Shown here piece after piece: positions 44,542 to 53,132 of a stretch of DNA of 56,051 bases. The notes beneath the pieces are model-generated. The model was not told the DNA's origin, did no database searches, and saw nothing but the letters and a program-made list of their open reading frames with translations. This DNA is from a virus. Its lineage: Duplodnaviria; Caudoviricetes. A program made the position numbers and the translations under genes. The first letter of the stretch is position 1. Each line of letters begins with the position of its first letter. The DNA lies in IMG/VR virus record IMGVR_UViG_3300009163_000041, positions 1-56,051 of that record; one strand, written 5' to 3'.

Positions 44542-47500
44542 GGGTTGCCTTTACTGGAGCAGTGCCTTTGCTCCGATCTGCGTTTCCGTCAAGAGAGTAA
44601 CCGATGTCGGCTATCTCCTCAGAGGTAATTTTGTTCCAAGTGTTCCTAGCTTGTTGGGCTGATCCCTTGATGTAATTGTAGGGAACATAGCGTCCATTGG
44701 GTTTATTGAATCGCTTGGAAGCTCTGGTCAAAGCCACTTTATCATCCACATCCACATGAACTATCCCGATTTTATATCCAACCGATTTTAGAGTTTTTGC
44801 CATGTCTGCAACCTTATTAGAGTTTTTACCAGTGATGTCGATCAAAAGATTGTGATTTTCCATAACTGCCCTTGGGAATACGATCTTCTCGGATATAAGC
44901 GCAGACTCCTCATGGAACGCACCAGCATTCCAGCCCTCAAATCCTTTTGACTTACCCTTAACGGAATCTGGATCGATCTTAGTTGTTTCTTTTCCGTTTA
45001 GGATCTTTTCTGCAAATGGTCTTCCAGTAGTCGTTTTCCCGCTGGCTGGAGATCCCATGAGAATTACTGCAATAGGATTGTCCGACTTGGCTTTGGGATT
45101 CAGTTCGCTTTCAATAACGGAATCCTTCCACGCCTTGTGTTCTGGGGTTGGGTTTTCAAATGTTTCTACGATGTCTTTCTTCTGGATGTATCGCTTGGGA
45201 TCTCTCAGCGACCAATGGGTTACTGGGGCATTCTCCGAACCCTCTGCTTCGGCAACTTCCTTTTGCAATTTGGCCATCTTTTCAATTGTTATTTTAGTTT
45301 TTGGCTCTGCATTTAGTCTTTCAATCTCTTTTTCAATTTCATCAATTGTAGTGCTTGTTTCGGATTCTTCCTCGCCTTTGGATGATTTCCCCTTTGCCTT
45401 TCCCTTGGCTCCTCCACCGCCCCCCCCACCCTTCCCAGACCATCTTCCCTTTTCATCCCTTGGCTGATCTGGATTGTAAAACTCGATTTTCTCTCCGTTG
45501 TATTGGAAAACGAATGATTCGATTGCTACCGCTTCGTCAAACTGGAATCCCTCGGAACCATCATCTGGAAGTTCAATCACGATGGGTACATAAATCAACT
45601 TACTTCCATCTGCCAACTCTTTTGTCGCCACAGGGGATGGTTTGGGGCCGTTCTCGTAAACATATTTCCTAATCGAATCGACCTCGAAGATCTGCATTTT
45701 TTTGATGGCACTTGGAGATACTGCGCCGTCCTTGGTAAAGATTTTTGACACAGCCGCCAGCCCAGTTTTGCCCATCTTTTGAGCCTTGGTTGTTGGGATG
45801 TTGTCGGCAACGCTTTTAAATCCATCTGCCAATACGCTGATAATCCCGATCATTTGCCTCCCGCCAATCTTGGGCGATGACCCAGAACGCAGTACGCCGT
45901 ACTCCATGGCTAGATCCAAACTGTCCGTGCTGTACACCTTGCCACCACCCCAAACGCCACTTTTAGAGGGTTTTAGGCCGTCTCTTCGTATGTCTTTAAG
46001 CACATCTGCTGAAGTTCCGTGATAAAGGGTAGTTGCCTCCCCAGTCTTTTTGCTTGCCTCCGCTGGATTATCTTGCGCCCACCTTGGGGTGGGTGTAGCT
46101 CCTTCAGCTATTGCTCCACCCCCAGTCCACTTTCCAGAGTTATCTCTCTGTTGGTTTGGATCGTAGAAGTCTATCGCTTGATAGCTCCTGTAATAATTAC
46201 GCCCTCCCCATCGTTGTACTCCGAGGCGAACACGATTCGGGAAAGATCGCTCATAGTTGTCGATGATTGATTTGTAGGCTTTTTTTCCTGCAATCCTTGT
46301 GTCTCCACCGATGAACTCTCCGACTCCCCTGACTGCTTCTGATTTTCCATTTATTGCTCCTAGAAATTTGGCAACATTAGCGGTCAACTGCGATCCTTGG
46401 TCTAGGATTGTTACGCTAGTCTTGGCTCTGTCGCCTACCATTGTTCTAAAACTAATCCCATTGTCTGACAATATTTTTCTGACCTCATCCATTGGCCTGT
46501 CTGCTGAGATTTTATGCAGAATATCGGGACCGTCCTTCTTCTTCTGAAAGGCGACAACTGCCTTTTGGTTTAGGCTCGCCCCCAGCTTGGATGCCGTGTA
46601 TTTAAGTTGATCAAAGTCCTTCACTCCCTTTACATCGATCTTAATCGAATTCTCTGCCCCATCTTCCCAGTCACCCACCCCAGACTCGACCTTCCCATTC
46701 ATGTCTTGCTTTTTGATGGCATCTCTTGCGATGCTAACGGCTCTCGCATGTTCGGGCGAATCGATCATCTTTTTCGCCTCTTCGTAATTCATGTTCTCTT
46801 TAATGTTTGGAGAGACAAGGATTTCACCGCCAGAACCACCACTACCAGTCCACTTGCCAGATGCATCTCTCTCTTGGTTTGGATCGTAGGCGAAAGTAGT
46901 TACCTCAAATGTCTTCTTTCCCTCAATCTCTTCACGAATGGCAACTGCAATTGCATCTGCCAAGTAGTCTGCCACATCGTCCATGTCTGGATCTTTTTCG
47001 AGCGTTACAACATTACGGTTTGCCGACATGGGGCGAACCCCGATTCCCTTGCGTACTATGTTTGATACTTGCCTACCGCCTTCAACTTTTCTGTATTCGG
47101 CTACTGCACCTTTTACGAATCCCCTAAATGCAGATTGACCAGCAACTATACCCCCTAGTTGTGGGTTAATTAAGGCTCCAATAAGAATCTTATACCGATC
47201 TCCGTGTGCGCTTTTTATTGCCTCAATGCCTCCTTGAGATCCGATGCTGATCGTTCTAGCAATCCCACGCAAAAACTGCTGGCCGTTGTCACTAGCAAGC
47301 CAATTTTTGATCTGATAGGCTTTAGAAGCCCCATATTGGGTAGCCATCTTAGCTCCATTCGCAATAGCTGTAACGCCCTTTATAGCCCCTTTTACGCTCG
47401 ATTTTGCCATATCTAGGGCTGGATTTCCCCTTTGAGCCTTCTCGATGAGCTTGCCCTTGAACCCACCGCCACCACCACTCCATTTGCCAGACTCGTCTCT

Positions 47501-47947
47501 TTCCTGTGATGGATCGTAAAGCAGTGTTGCCCCTTGTTCCTTTAGGGCTAATAGATCTGCCTTTAATTGTTCGAAGTTGGTCTTGTCGGTAATCGGACCC
47601 CCAACTATCCATGCATCGCAAGTTCTCAGTGAGGCGCATTTAAAATCAAAGATTTCGCAGTAACCCAGATCGCCAGCTTGCTCAACTTCCTTTGCATCCA
47701 TCCCAATCCCCTTTGTAATACATCCGATAAGCCTTGTTGTCTGGTTGAATCCAGCGCAGTTCCCGCAACGCATCGTCTTGGCTTCTTTAACCGATCCACC
47801 AAAGATCTTTGCTTTCGCCGTCCAGTATTCCTCATTCGGCTCCTTGGGATTGGCGGGGCCGTAATGTGCTACATCAATAGCCTTCTGCCGATTGGCTAGG
47901 TTGGTTTTGATGTCCTGTGTTGGGAGTGGACACTTACTCTCAGCCAT
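44522..47947 (-). CDS. Multi-module head-associated protein (HiPIP-like, SAM-lyase-like, ART-like, zeta-kinase modules separated by YDPxQxRDxxGKW repeats)
   Basis: Repeats at aa 144, 354, 595, 824; CGNC..C..C..CDAW; GDW.DG.ENS...LNQKAV; LYHGTS...VYST; MGSPASGKTT, IDPD, HEES, GRYVP. Confidence 0.8.
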   Translation of the reverse strand: MAESKCPLPTQDIKTNLANRQKAIDVAHYGPANPKEPNEEYWTAKAKIFGGSVKEAKTMRCGNCAGFNQTTRLIGCITKGIGMDAKEVEQAGDLGYCEIFDFKCASLRTCDAWIVGGPITDKTNFEQLKADLLALKEQGATLLYDPSQERDESGKWSGGGGGFKGKLIEKAQRGNPALDMAKSSVKGAIKGVTAIANGAKMATQYGASKAYQIKNWLASDNGQQFLRGIARTISIGSQGGIEAIKSAHGDRYKILIGALINPQLGGIVAGQSAFRGFVKGAVAEYRKVEGGRQVSNIVRKGIGVRPMSANRNVVTLEKDPDMDDVADYLADAIAVAIREEIEGKKTFEVTTFAYDPNQERDASGKWTGSGGSGGEILVSPNIKENMNYEEAKKMIDSPEHARAVSIARDAIKKQDMNGKVESGVGDWEDGAENSIKIDVKGVKDFDQLKYTASKLGASLNQKAVVAFQKKKDGPDILHKISADRPMDEVRKILSDNGISFRTMVGDRAKTSVTILDQGSQLTANVAKFLGAINGKSEAVRGVGEFIGGDTRIAGKKAYKSIIDNYERSFPNRVRLGVQRWGGRNYYRSYQAIDFYDPNQQRDNSGKWTGGGAIAEGATPTPRWAQDNPAEASKKTGEATTLYHGTSADVLKDIRRDGLKPSKSGVWGGGKVYSTDSLDLAMEYGVLRSGSSPKIGGRQMIGIISVLADGFKSVADNIPTTKAQKMGKTGLAAVSKIFTKDGAVSPSAIKKMQIFEVDSIRKYVYENGPKPSPVATKELADGSKLIYVPIVIELPDDGSEGFQFDEAVAIESFVFQYNGEKIEFYNPDQPRDEKGRWSGKGGGGGGGAKGKAKGKSSKGEEESETSTTIDEIEKEIERLNAEPKTKITIEKMAKLQKEVAEAEGSENAPVTHWSLRDPKRYIQKKDIVETFENPTPEHKAWKDSVIESELNPKAKSDNPIAVILMGSPASGKTTTGRPFAEKILNGKETTKIDPDSVKGKSKGFEGWNAGAFHEESALISEKIVFPRAVMENHNLLIDITGKNSNKVADMAKTLKSVGYKIGIVHVDVDDKVALTRASKRFNKPNGRYVPYNYIKGSAQQARNTWNKITSEEIADIGYSLDGNADRSKGTAPVKATHGNLFD

Positions 47948-49956
47948 TATTCGCTCCGTGCTTTGTCCAGTTGACCGACAATCTTTTTAGCCCTTGATAG
48001 TCCAGCATCACCGCCCCATCCCATGTATGCTTGCCATCCTTTGCCTTGTTCGCTCCATGTCGAACCCTTCTTGTCCACTTCATGCCGTGAAAGGAAGCTG
48101 TAAATCCTACGCCAAGTGCGGGGAGAAAGCTTTTTGCGTCCGATAATGTCCCTAGCTCTTGCGATTCCAACCTGTGTCATTCCACGCTGGCTGGCTGGCT
48201 TTTCAGCTCTTACCCGCAAGGCAGACTTGGCAGACTCGACCATCCCATCACTAGGGTAAAGATCAATATCAGAGATGCTCTGCATCTCGATTGCGTCCAG
48301 TACCATTTCTGCATCTTGTGTTGTAAATTCTTTTGATGTGCTTGTGCGCCTTGCCCTAGATGGAACATAATCATCCTCTAAGTGCTGTTGCTTTATCTTT
48401 GCTACTTCTTCTTTAGGCTGTTGATCTGGAGCCTGTGGCTGTTCTTCTGGTGCTGGTACTGGTGCTTGCGCCTGTGGGAACGCTGGCATTGATGGCTTGA
48501 AAGCCTCGGAAATAGATTCGATTGGCACATCCATCTCTTTTGAAAGATCCTTGGCAAACTTAACCTCATAGGCTCGTTGCCGTAGTGCCTCTTCATAGTC
48601 CTCTCCTTTAGCTCCGTACACCTCAGCAGCCGTTCTTAGCCCCGCCTTAAACTCGCTGATATTTGCTTGTGAATCGCGGCCTACATCAATGGTGCTATCT
48701 GAAGGGTAAATCCACTTGCCCTTTGTGAAATTGCTATTGGGCGGGATTTTGCCCCTAGAAATTCCGTCTGCGATTACCAAGTTCTTGATCTTATCAAAGA
48801 AGCGATCTTCTAGGATATTCTGCCAACGCTTGAATGTGCGTGAGGCCAGAGCCATCTCAAGTCGTACAGTTGGACCCCCAAGCTTGGAGAGATCGTAGCA
48901 GAATCCGAATGGAAGATTAAAGGCCAAGGCAATCATGTGAACGATCAGATCCACATACCCTTGAAAAGCTGAAGATGGGCGATTGCTTTCAAACATTTTC
49001 ATCTCAGAGCCAGTAGGGATATAGTTAATTTGACCCCTCTGCATGTTTTCAATGTTCATCGTATTACCATACGAATCTGTCTGCGCTTGGTTAAAGTAGG
49101 ATGCGGGATCGTCGGAAGATCCTGTCGCATTCGAAATTGTCATAATTCGGAAAGCCGCGTTTTTTACGGCAAGGTTTTCTGCATCCATGGTTTCAGCAAG
49201 ATCCTTGCAATAGTTAATAACAGAGGCCAGATGACTACGACCACGAACCTCATCCAGCCGTAGGGGATCGTAAATAAATAGGAAAGACGATGCGGGTACT
49301 TCTTGTGCGTCCGTATAGAAATTGCCCTGCGTCCGTCGATAAACTTTGTATGATTCAGTGCGTCCGAATTTGTCAAACTTAACTCCACCAATGTATTCTT
49401 GGCTAGAGGTTGGGTTGTCGAACATGCCTCCGATGCGATCAGCCTCTACGGCTTGAATTCGAATATCACTGTTAGGATCTACTTGATCTCCAATTGACCT
49501 CTCTCTAGTGATCACGAACCCAACATCGCCGTCACGAAGTACAGAACGAAGAGCAAGATGAGACAAGGCGTGGAAATTATTCCTACCAAAAAAGTCGCAC
49601 TTCCTTCCCCAAGCCGACCAGTAATCCTCATATATCTGATCGATATTTCTATCTCCAGTTCGAGACATATATCTGAAATTACCAAGGGCATACTGCGAGA
49701 ATTTCAAAAGGATAGATCGGATGATTGGATTGTTGTCTTCCAGATCACGACCAGCTTTAATCAATTCAATACGCTCAAATGTGGAATTGTATCCCTCACC
49801 ACCAGACAATGGCCGTGATGGCAATCTGTCTCTAAGGGGATATGCTCCAGCGAATCTTGTTAATTCGGTGAGCTTGCACTTATCGGCAAGTCTTTTTACC
49901 CCGAATTTGGGATTAATCGCAGTAAGAGCTTTTTCAAAAAAATTCAGACTAGGCAT
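47947..49956 (-). CDS. Lambda-family portal protein with C-terminal extra domain
   Basis: R.L..NNP, LRDGD, EADRI, GGV.FD.FGR, R...VRG; TAATG coupling to next gene. Confidence 0.9.
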   Translation of the reverse strand: MPSLNFFEKALTAINPKFGVKRLADKCKLTELTRFAGAYPLRDRLPSRPLSGGEGYNSTFERIELIKAGRDLEDNNPIIRSILLKFSQYALGNFRYMSRTGDRNIDQIYEDYWSAWGRKCDFFGRNNFHALSHLALRSVLRDGDVGFVITRERSIGDQVDPNSDIRIQAVEADRIGGMFDNPTSSQEYIGGVKFDKFGRTESYKVYRRTQGNFYTDAQEVPASSFLFIYDPLRLDEVRGRSHLASVINYCKDLAETMDAENLAVKNAAFRIMTISNATGSSDDPASYFNQAQTDSYGNTMNIENMQRGQINYIPTGSEMKMFESNRPSSAFQGYVDLIVHMIALAFNLPFGFCYDLSKLGGPTVRLEMALASRTFKRWQNILEDRFFDKIKNLVIADGISRGKIPPNSNFTKGKWIYPSDSTIDVGRDSQANISEFKAGLRTAAEVYGAKGEDYEEALRQRAYEVKFAKDLSKEMDVPIESISEAFKPSMPAFPQAQAPVPAPEEQPQAPDQQPKEEVAKIKQQHLEDDYVPSRARRTSTSKEFTTQDAEMVLDAIEMQSISDIDLYPSDGMVESAKSALRVRAEKPASQRGMTQVGIARARDIIGRKKLSPRTWRRIYSFLSRHEVDKKGSTWSEQGKGWQAYMGWGGDAGLSRAKKIVGQLDKARSE

Positions 49957-49959
49957 AAA

Positions 49960-50385
49960 TTATTTCTTTTGACAACTGCCCTGCTCGTATGGCTTAACCC
50001 CTGCGACTGGCTCGTATCCTTCCCAGCATCTTCCCTCTTCTTTGCCCATGTTTTCATTTGTAGCCTTTTTTCTCGGAATCTCAATATTAAACCCAAGCTT
50101 CTCAATATATTGGAGAGCATCATCGTAATAGTGTGCAACAATATTTGTGTCGGTTGTTGGGGGTATCTTGGTATTCACTTGGTAAGCCCTAGCAATACCT
50201 TCTTTAGATTGTTTTAAAAGCTCTTCTTTTATGCGGTAATATTCAGCTTTATCTTCTTCGTTTGAAGGATGCTCTGCCCTTGTAATCTTATGAGAAAGAT
50301 CCATGAGTTGTTTAAATAGTGTGATTGCCTTGCTTGAATCTCCAAGCATTACAAGGGCTTTATCAATCAAGTTTAGTATTTTCAT
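49960..50385 (-). CDS. Head-region hypothetical protein with C-terminal CWxGY...C motif
   Basis: RCWEGYEPVAGVKPYEQGSCQKK. Confidence 0.65.
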   Translation of the reverse strand: MKILNLIDKALVMLGDSSKAITLFKQLMDLSHKITRAEHPSNEEDKAEYYRIKEELLKQSKEGIARAYQVNTKIPPTTDTNIVAHYYDDALQYIEKLGFNIEIPRKKATNENMGKEEGRCWEGYEPVAGVKPYEQGSCQKK

Positions 50386-50386
50386 A

Positions 50387-50860
50387 TTATTGAAGTGTTA
50401 ATAAGTACTTTAGCCTGTTTAATTCACCTACCACTCCGTCTCGTAGATTGAGCAAATCGGTGTCGGATGGCTTTACGCTCCGTGTGAATTCGCCCATTAA
50501 AAAGTCGATTGTCTGATTTGCAAGAGTAACTCCAGCTCCATCTGCAAGATTCATAAGAGAGATATTGAAGTTGTTGTTTGCGTAAGCTCTTCCATATCTT
50601 CCGAAATATGTCTCAAGAAGTTCGTCAATTGAATTGCCTAGGATCTCGTAAATCTTGCCAAAACTCTTATGATGACTGAAGCTTTTGGTCTGCCAGTGAT
50701 ATATTCGGAATTGATTCTGAGTGTAAAGTAACTGCATTACAATGACTTCCGCATTGTTCTTTGGGGAAATCTCTGTCAAAACCTCTACTGGAGCTTTAAC
50801 AATTTCAAAATCGTTTTTCATCTTATCCACTTTTTCAATCATTTTATCGAGATGATTCAT
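50387..50860 (-). CDS. Ferritin/Dps-like protein (DUF5856-like)
   Basis: HWQTKSFSHHKSFG..Y...D.L.E.Y.G.YGR; L.N.RD....LN...YLLTL. Confidence 0.8.
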   Translation of the reverse strand: MNHLDKMIEKVDKMKNDFEIVKAPVEVLTEISPKNNAEVIVMQLLYTQNQFRIYHWQTKSFSHHKSFGKIYEILGNSIDELLETYFGRYGRAYANNNFNISLMNLADGAGVTLANQTIDFLMGEFTRSVKPSDTDLLNLRDGVVGELNRLKYLLTLQ

Positions 50861-50875
50861 ATTTATCGCTATTTA

Positions 50876-50881
50876 TATCAA
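50876..50881 (-). promoter_or_regulatory. Late motif variant TTGATA
   Basis: 15 nt before ATG 50860. Confidence 0.5.
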
Positions 50882-50886
50882 CTAGA

Positions 50887-51144
50887 TTAATTTCTGCCAC
50901 CCCTTGAATAGTCTGGGAAAGTGCGATTGATTCTGGCTCTTGAGCCACCCAAGCGATTGATAGCCGCCGTGCATTCCATGACTGTATTCTGTAGCTCCTG
51001 TAAATTTGCTCTTGTAAGTTGTCTTCCACCAATGCTATATGATGCTCCAGTCTTTAGGATGGCTTCGATTGCTGTTAGGGTTTCTGTTCGAATTTGTGTA
51101 ACTGTGGCTAGGTCTAAGCCGTAATATACACCTTGAATAGCCAT
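50887..51144 (-). CDS. gpW-like head completion protein
   Basis: AI.AIL..GASYSIGGRQLTRANL.EL between terminase and portal. Confidence 0.8.
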   Translation of the reverse strand: MAIQGVYYGLDLATVTQIRTETLTAIEAILKTGASYSIGGRQLTRANLQELQNTVMECTAAINRLGGSRARINRTFPDYSRGGRN

Positions 51145-51157
51145 GCTTTTGTATAGC

Positions 51158-51163
51158 TGTCAA
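51158..51163 (-). promoter_or_regulatory. Late TTGACA motif
   Basis: 13 nt before ATG 51144; its TGA is the upstream stop. Confidence 0.6.
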
Positions 51164-51342
51164 CTCTTGCGCTTATATTTACGCCGTTGTTTTACTCGCT
51201 TCCAGATAACTTCATTTTTATCAAGACTAATTGAGATGTACATCATTTTGCTATAAAACCCATACCCAAGCCCTGTGACCATCATAAAATAACTGAATAT
51301 ATGGCCGATGCTATAAAACATATAGGATAGAATTGTATTCAT
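51160..51342 (-). CDS. Small hypothetical protein
   Basis: ATGA-coupled to terminase. Confidence 0.55.
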   Translation of the reverse strand: MNTILSYMFYSIGHIFSYFMMVTGLGYGFYSKMMYISISLDKNEVIWKRVKQRRKYKRKS

Positions 51343-53132
51343 TCTTTAACCTCTTCAATTTCAATTTTGTCATCTTGAGGCACTGGCATGCATCCCGACA
51401 ACATGGCTCCAACTAGGTTCATGCATTCTGCGTCCATCAAATGGTTGTCTTTGCGAATTCTGTGCCACACCATTTTAGTCCTTCCAGAAAGGGGATTATA
51501 CTTTGCCCTCTTTACCTCTGCGCTTAAATGACTGTGCCAGTCTTCGGGGCAATCGTCTGGTATTTCCCATTTCGACATCTTGCCATTCTTTAACAAGCTT
51601 AACATGTCTTTCACAGATGGATTTGACCATCGAATGACAGGGCATTTAGATTTAATTAGCCCTTCTGCCTGTGCTGTTCTTCCAGTTCCAGATAGAGGAT
51701 CTCCCCAGTTTATTGTGCTGTATGGTCTTATCATTCGTCCAGTTGGCGTGATGTGAACGAACTGCGCCGAGTCAGATCCAAGCAAACAAGTCCATCCCCA
51801 CTTACAGGATTGAAAGTAAACCTCTCTGGTATTTGAACCGCTATCGCAAAATACCATTTTGTCTGTTACTTTCCAGTCTAGTTGCAAGGCTCGCAACGCA
51901 TCCCATGATTCTAGCCTTCCACACCATTCCAGCTTTGACTCTCCATTGTTTTTCCATCCACGCACGACTACCCACATGTGAAACCCCTTCGCTTCTTGGA
52001 TGTCTGCTGTGATGATTCGCTTTTCGCAACCCTCAAACTTCTCGCCCATCTTATATCCAGATCCAGATATTTTTGTCTGATTCTCCTCCTCGACCTCTAC
52101 CCAAGGCTGGGCAAGCACTGAATTGACGAAGTTCTGTAATCCCATGACGCTCTTCTTGTCGTTTAGGAACTGTACGCACAGCTTTCCAAATGTTTCCCAA
52201 GGGGAATAGATGCCCGAAAGGTGGTAGGATTTCACTTGAGGCTCTGGATTAAGGTTTGTTGGCTTCCATTTGCCCATTCTAAGCATCTTTGTCTTGTGAC
52301 CATCAGTTATCCTTCCTTTGCACGAAACGCACTCATAATAGGCACTGGAGCGCACTTTTTCGTTATCCCACTCACCATCTGCGTTCTTGGCATTCTCATC
52401 CCATTTTACTTGAGGCCAAGTAAGAACCTGTTCTTCGTTACAAAAGGGACATGGAACATAATAGTACCTCTGATCTCCTCTCTTGAAGCTTTGCCAGATA
52501 TGGCCGTAATCTGTAGTTGGAGTGGATGTTTGTACCGTAAGTGATAAGGGGTAAGTTTTCGTCCTAACCTCTGCCAACTGAATTGAATTGGCTTCCTTAG
52601 ATGTTGCCTCCGACATCTTATCAGTTTCATCGCAAATCAATAATCCTACAGAGCGTGAGGCGAGGTTGGCTGGAGAGTTACTGCCAAAAAACCAGACCGA
52701 CATTTTATCAAAATGCTGTTCCATCAGCTTGTACTTATCCAGATTCTTTGGCTTATGTCGTGCTAATGCCTCGCAATCGTCCACCATGGGCAACCAGCGA
52801 TACTCTGAGAATGATCTGGCTAGATTCTCGTTTGGCATGACCCACATGGTAGGAATAGGCTTTAAATCCAGTCTGTACGCCAGCCCAGCTAGGATCGATG
52901 TAGTTTTGGCTGTCTGCGCCCCCCAGCACAGGATCATGGTTCGCAATCGCTCGTCTCTAAAGTTCTCCAGTGGTTCACGAACATATGGGGTGAGTAGGGT
53001 TGAATACGGTCCCGCAGTCGAGGACACTCGATCTGAAAGGTAAAGATTAGACTCAGCCCACTCTGTAACCGAAAGATCCTTCTTTGGTATCCAGAATGTT
53101 TGGGCGAGAAGCTCTAGCTCTTGCGTGGTCAC
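51339..53132 (-). CDS. Terminase large subunit, lambda GpA family
   Basis: TPY.RE, GAQTAKT, LICDE.D, STPT, GDQR.YYVPCP.C, H.MDA. Confidence 0.92.
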   Translation of the reverse strand: MTTQELELLAQTFWIPKKDLSVTEWAESNLYLSDRVSSTAGPYSTLLTPYVREPLENFRDERLRTMILCWGAQTAKTTSILAGLAYRLDLKPIPTMWVMPNENLARSFSEYRWLPMVDDCEALARHKPKNLDKYKLMEQHFDKMSVWFFGSNSPANLASRSVGLLICDETDKMSEATSKEANSIQLAEVRTKTYPLSLTVQTSTPTTDYGHIWQSFKRGDQRYYYVPCPFCNEEQVLTWPQVKWDENAKNADGEWDNEKVRSSAYYECVSCKGRITDGHKTKMLRMGKWKPTNLNPEPQVKSYHLSGIYSPWETFGKLCVQFLNDKKSVMGLQNFVNSVLAQPWVEVEEENQTKISGSGYKMGEKFEGCEKRIITADIQEAKGFHMWVVVRGWKNNGESKLEWCGRLESWDALRALQLDWKVTDKMVFCDSGSNTREVYFQSCKWGWTCLLGSDSAQFVHITPTGRMIRPYSTINWGDPLSGTGRTAQAEGLIKSKCPVIRWSNPSVKDMLSLLKNGKMSKWEIPDDCPEDWHSHLSAEVKRAKYNPLSGRTKMVWHRIRKDNHLMDAECMNLVGAMLSGCMPVPQDDKIEIEEVKE

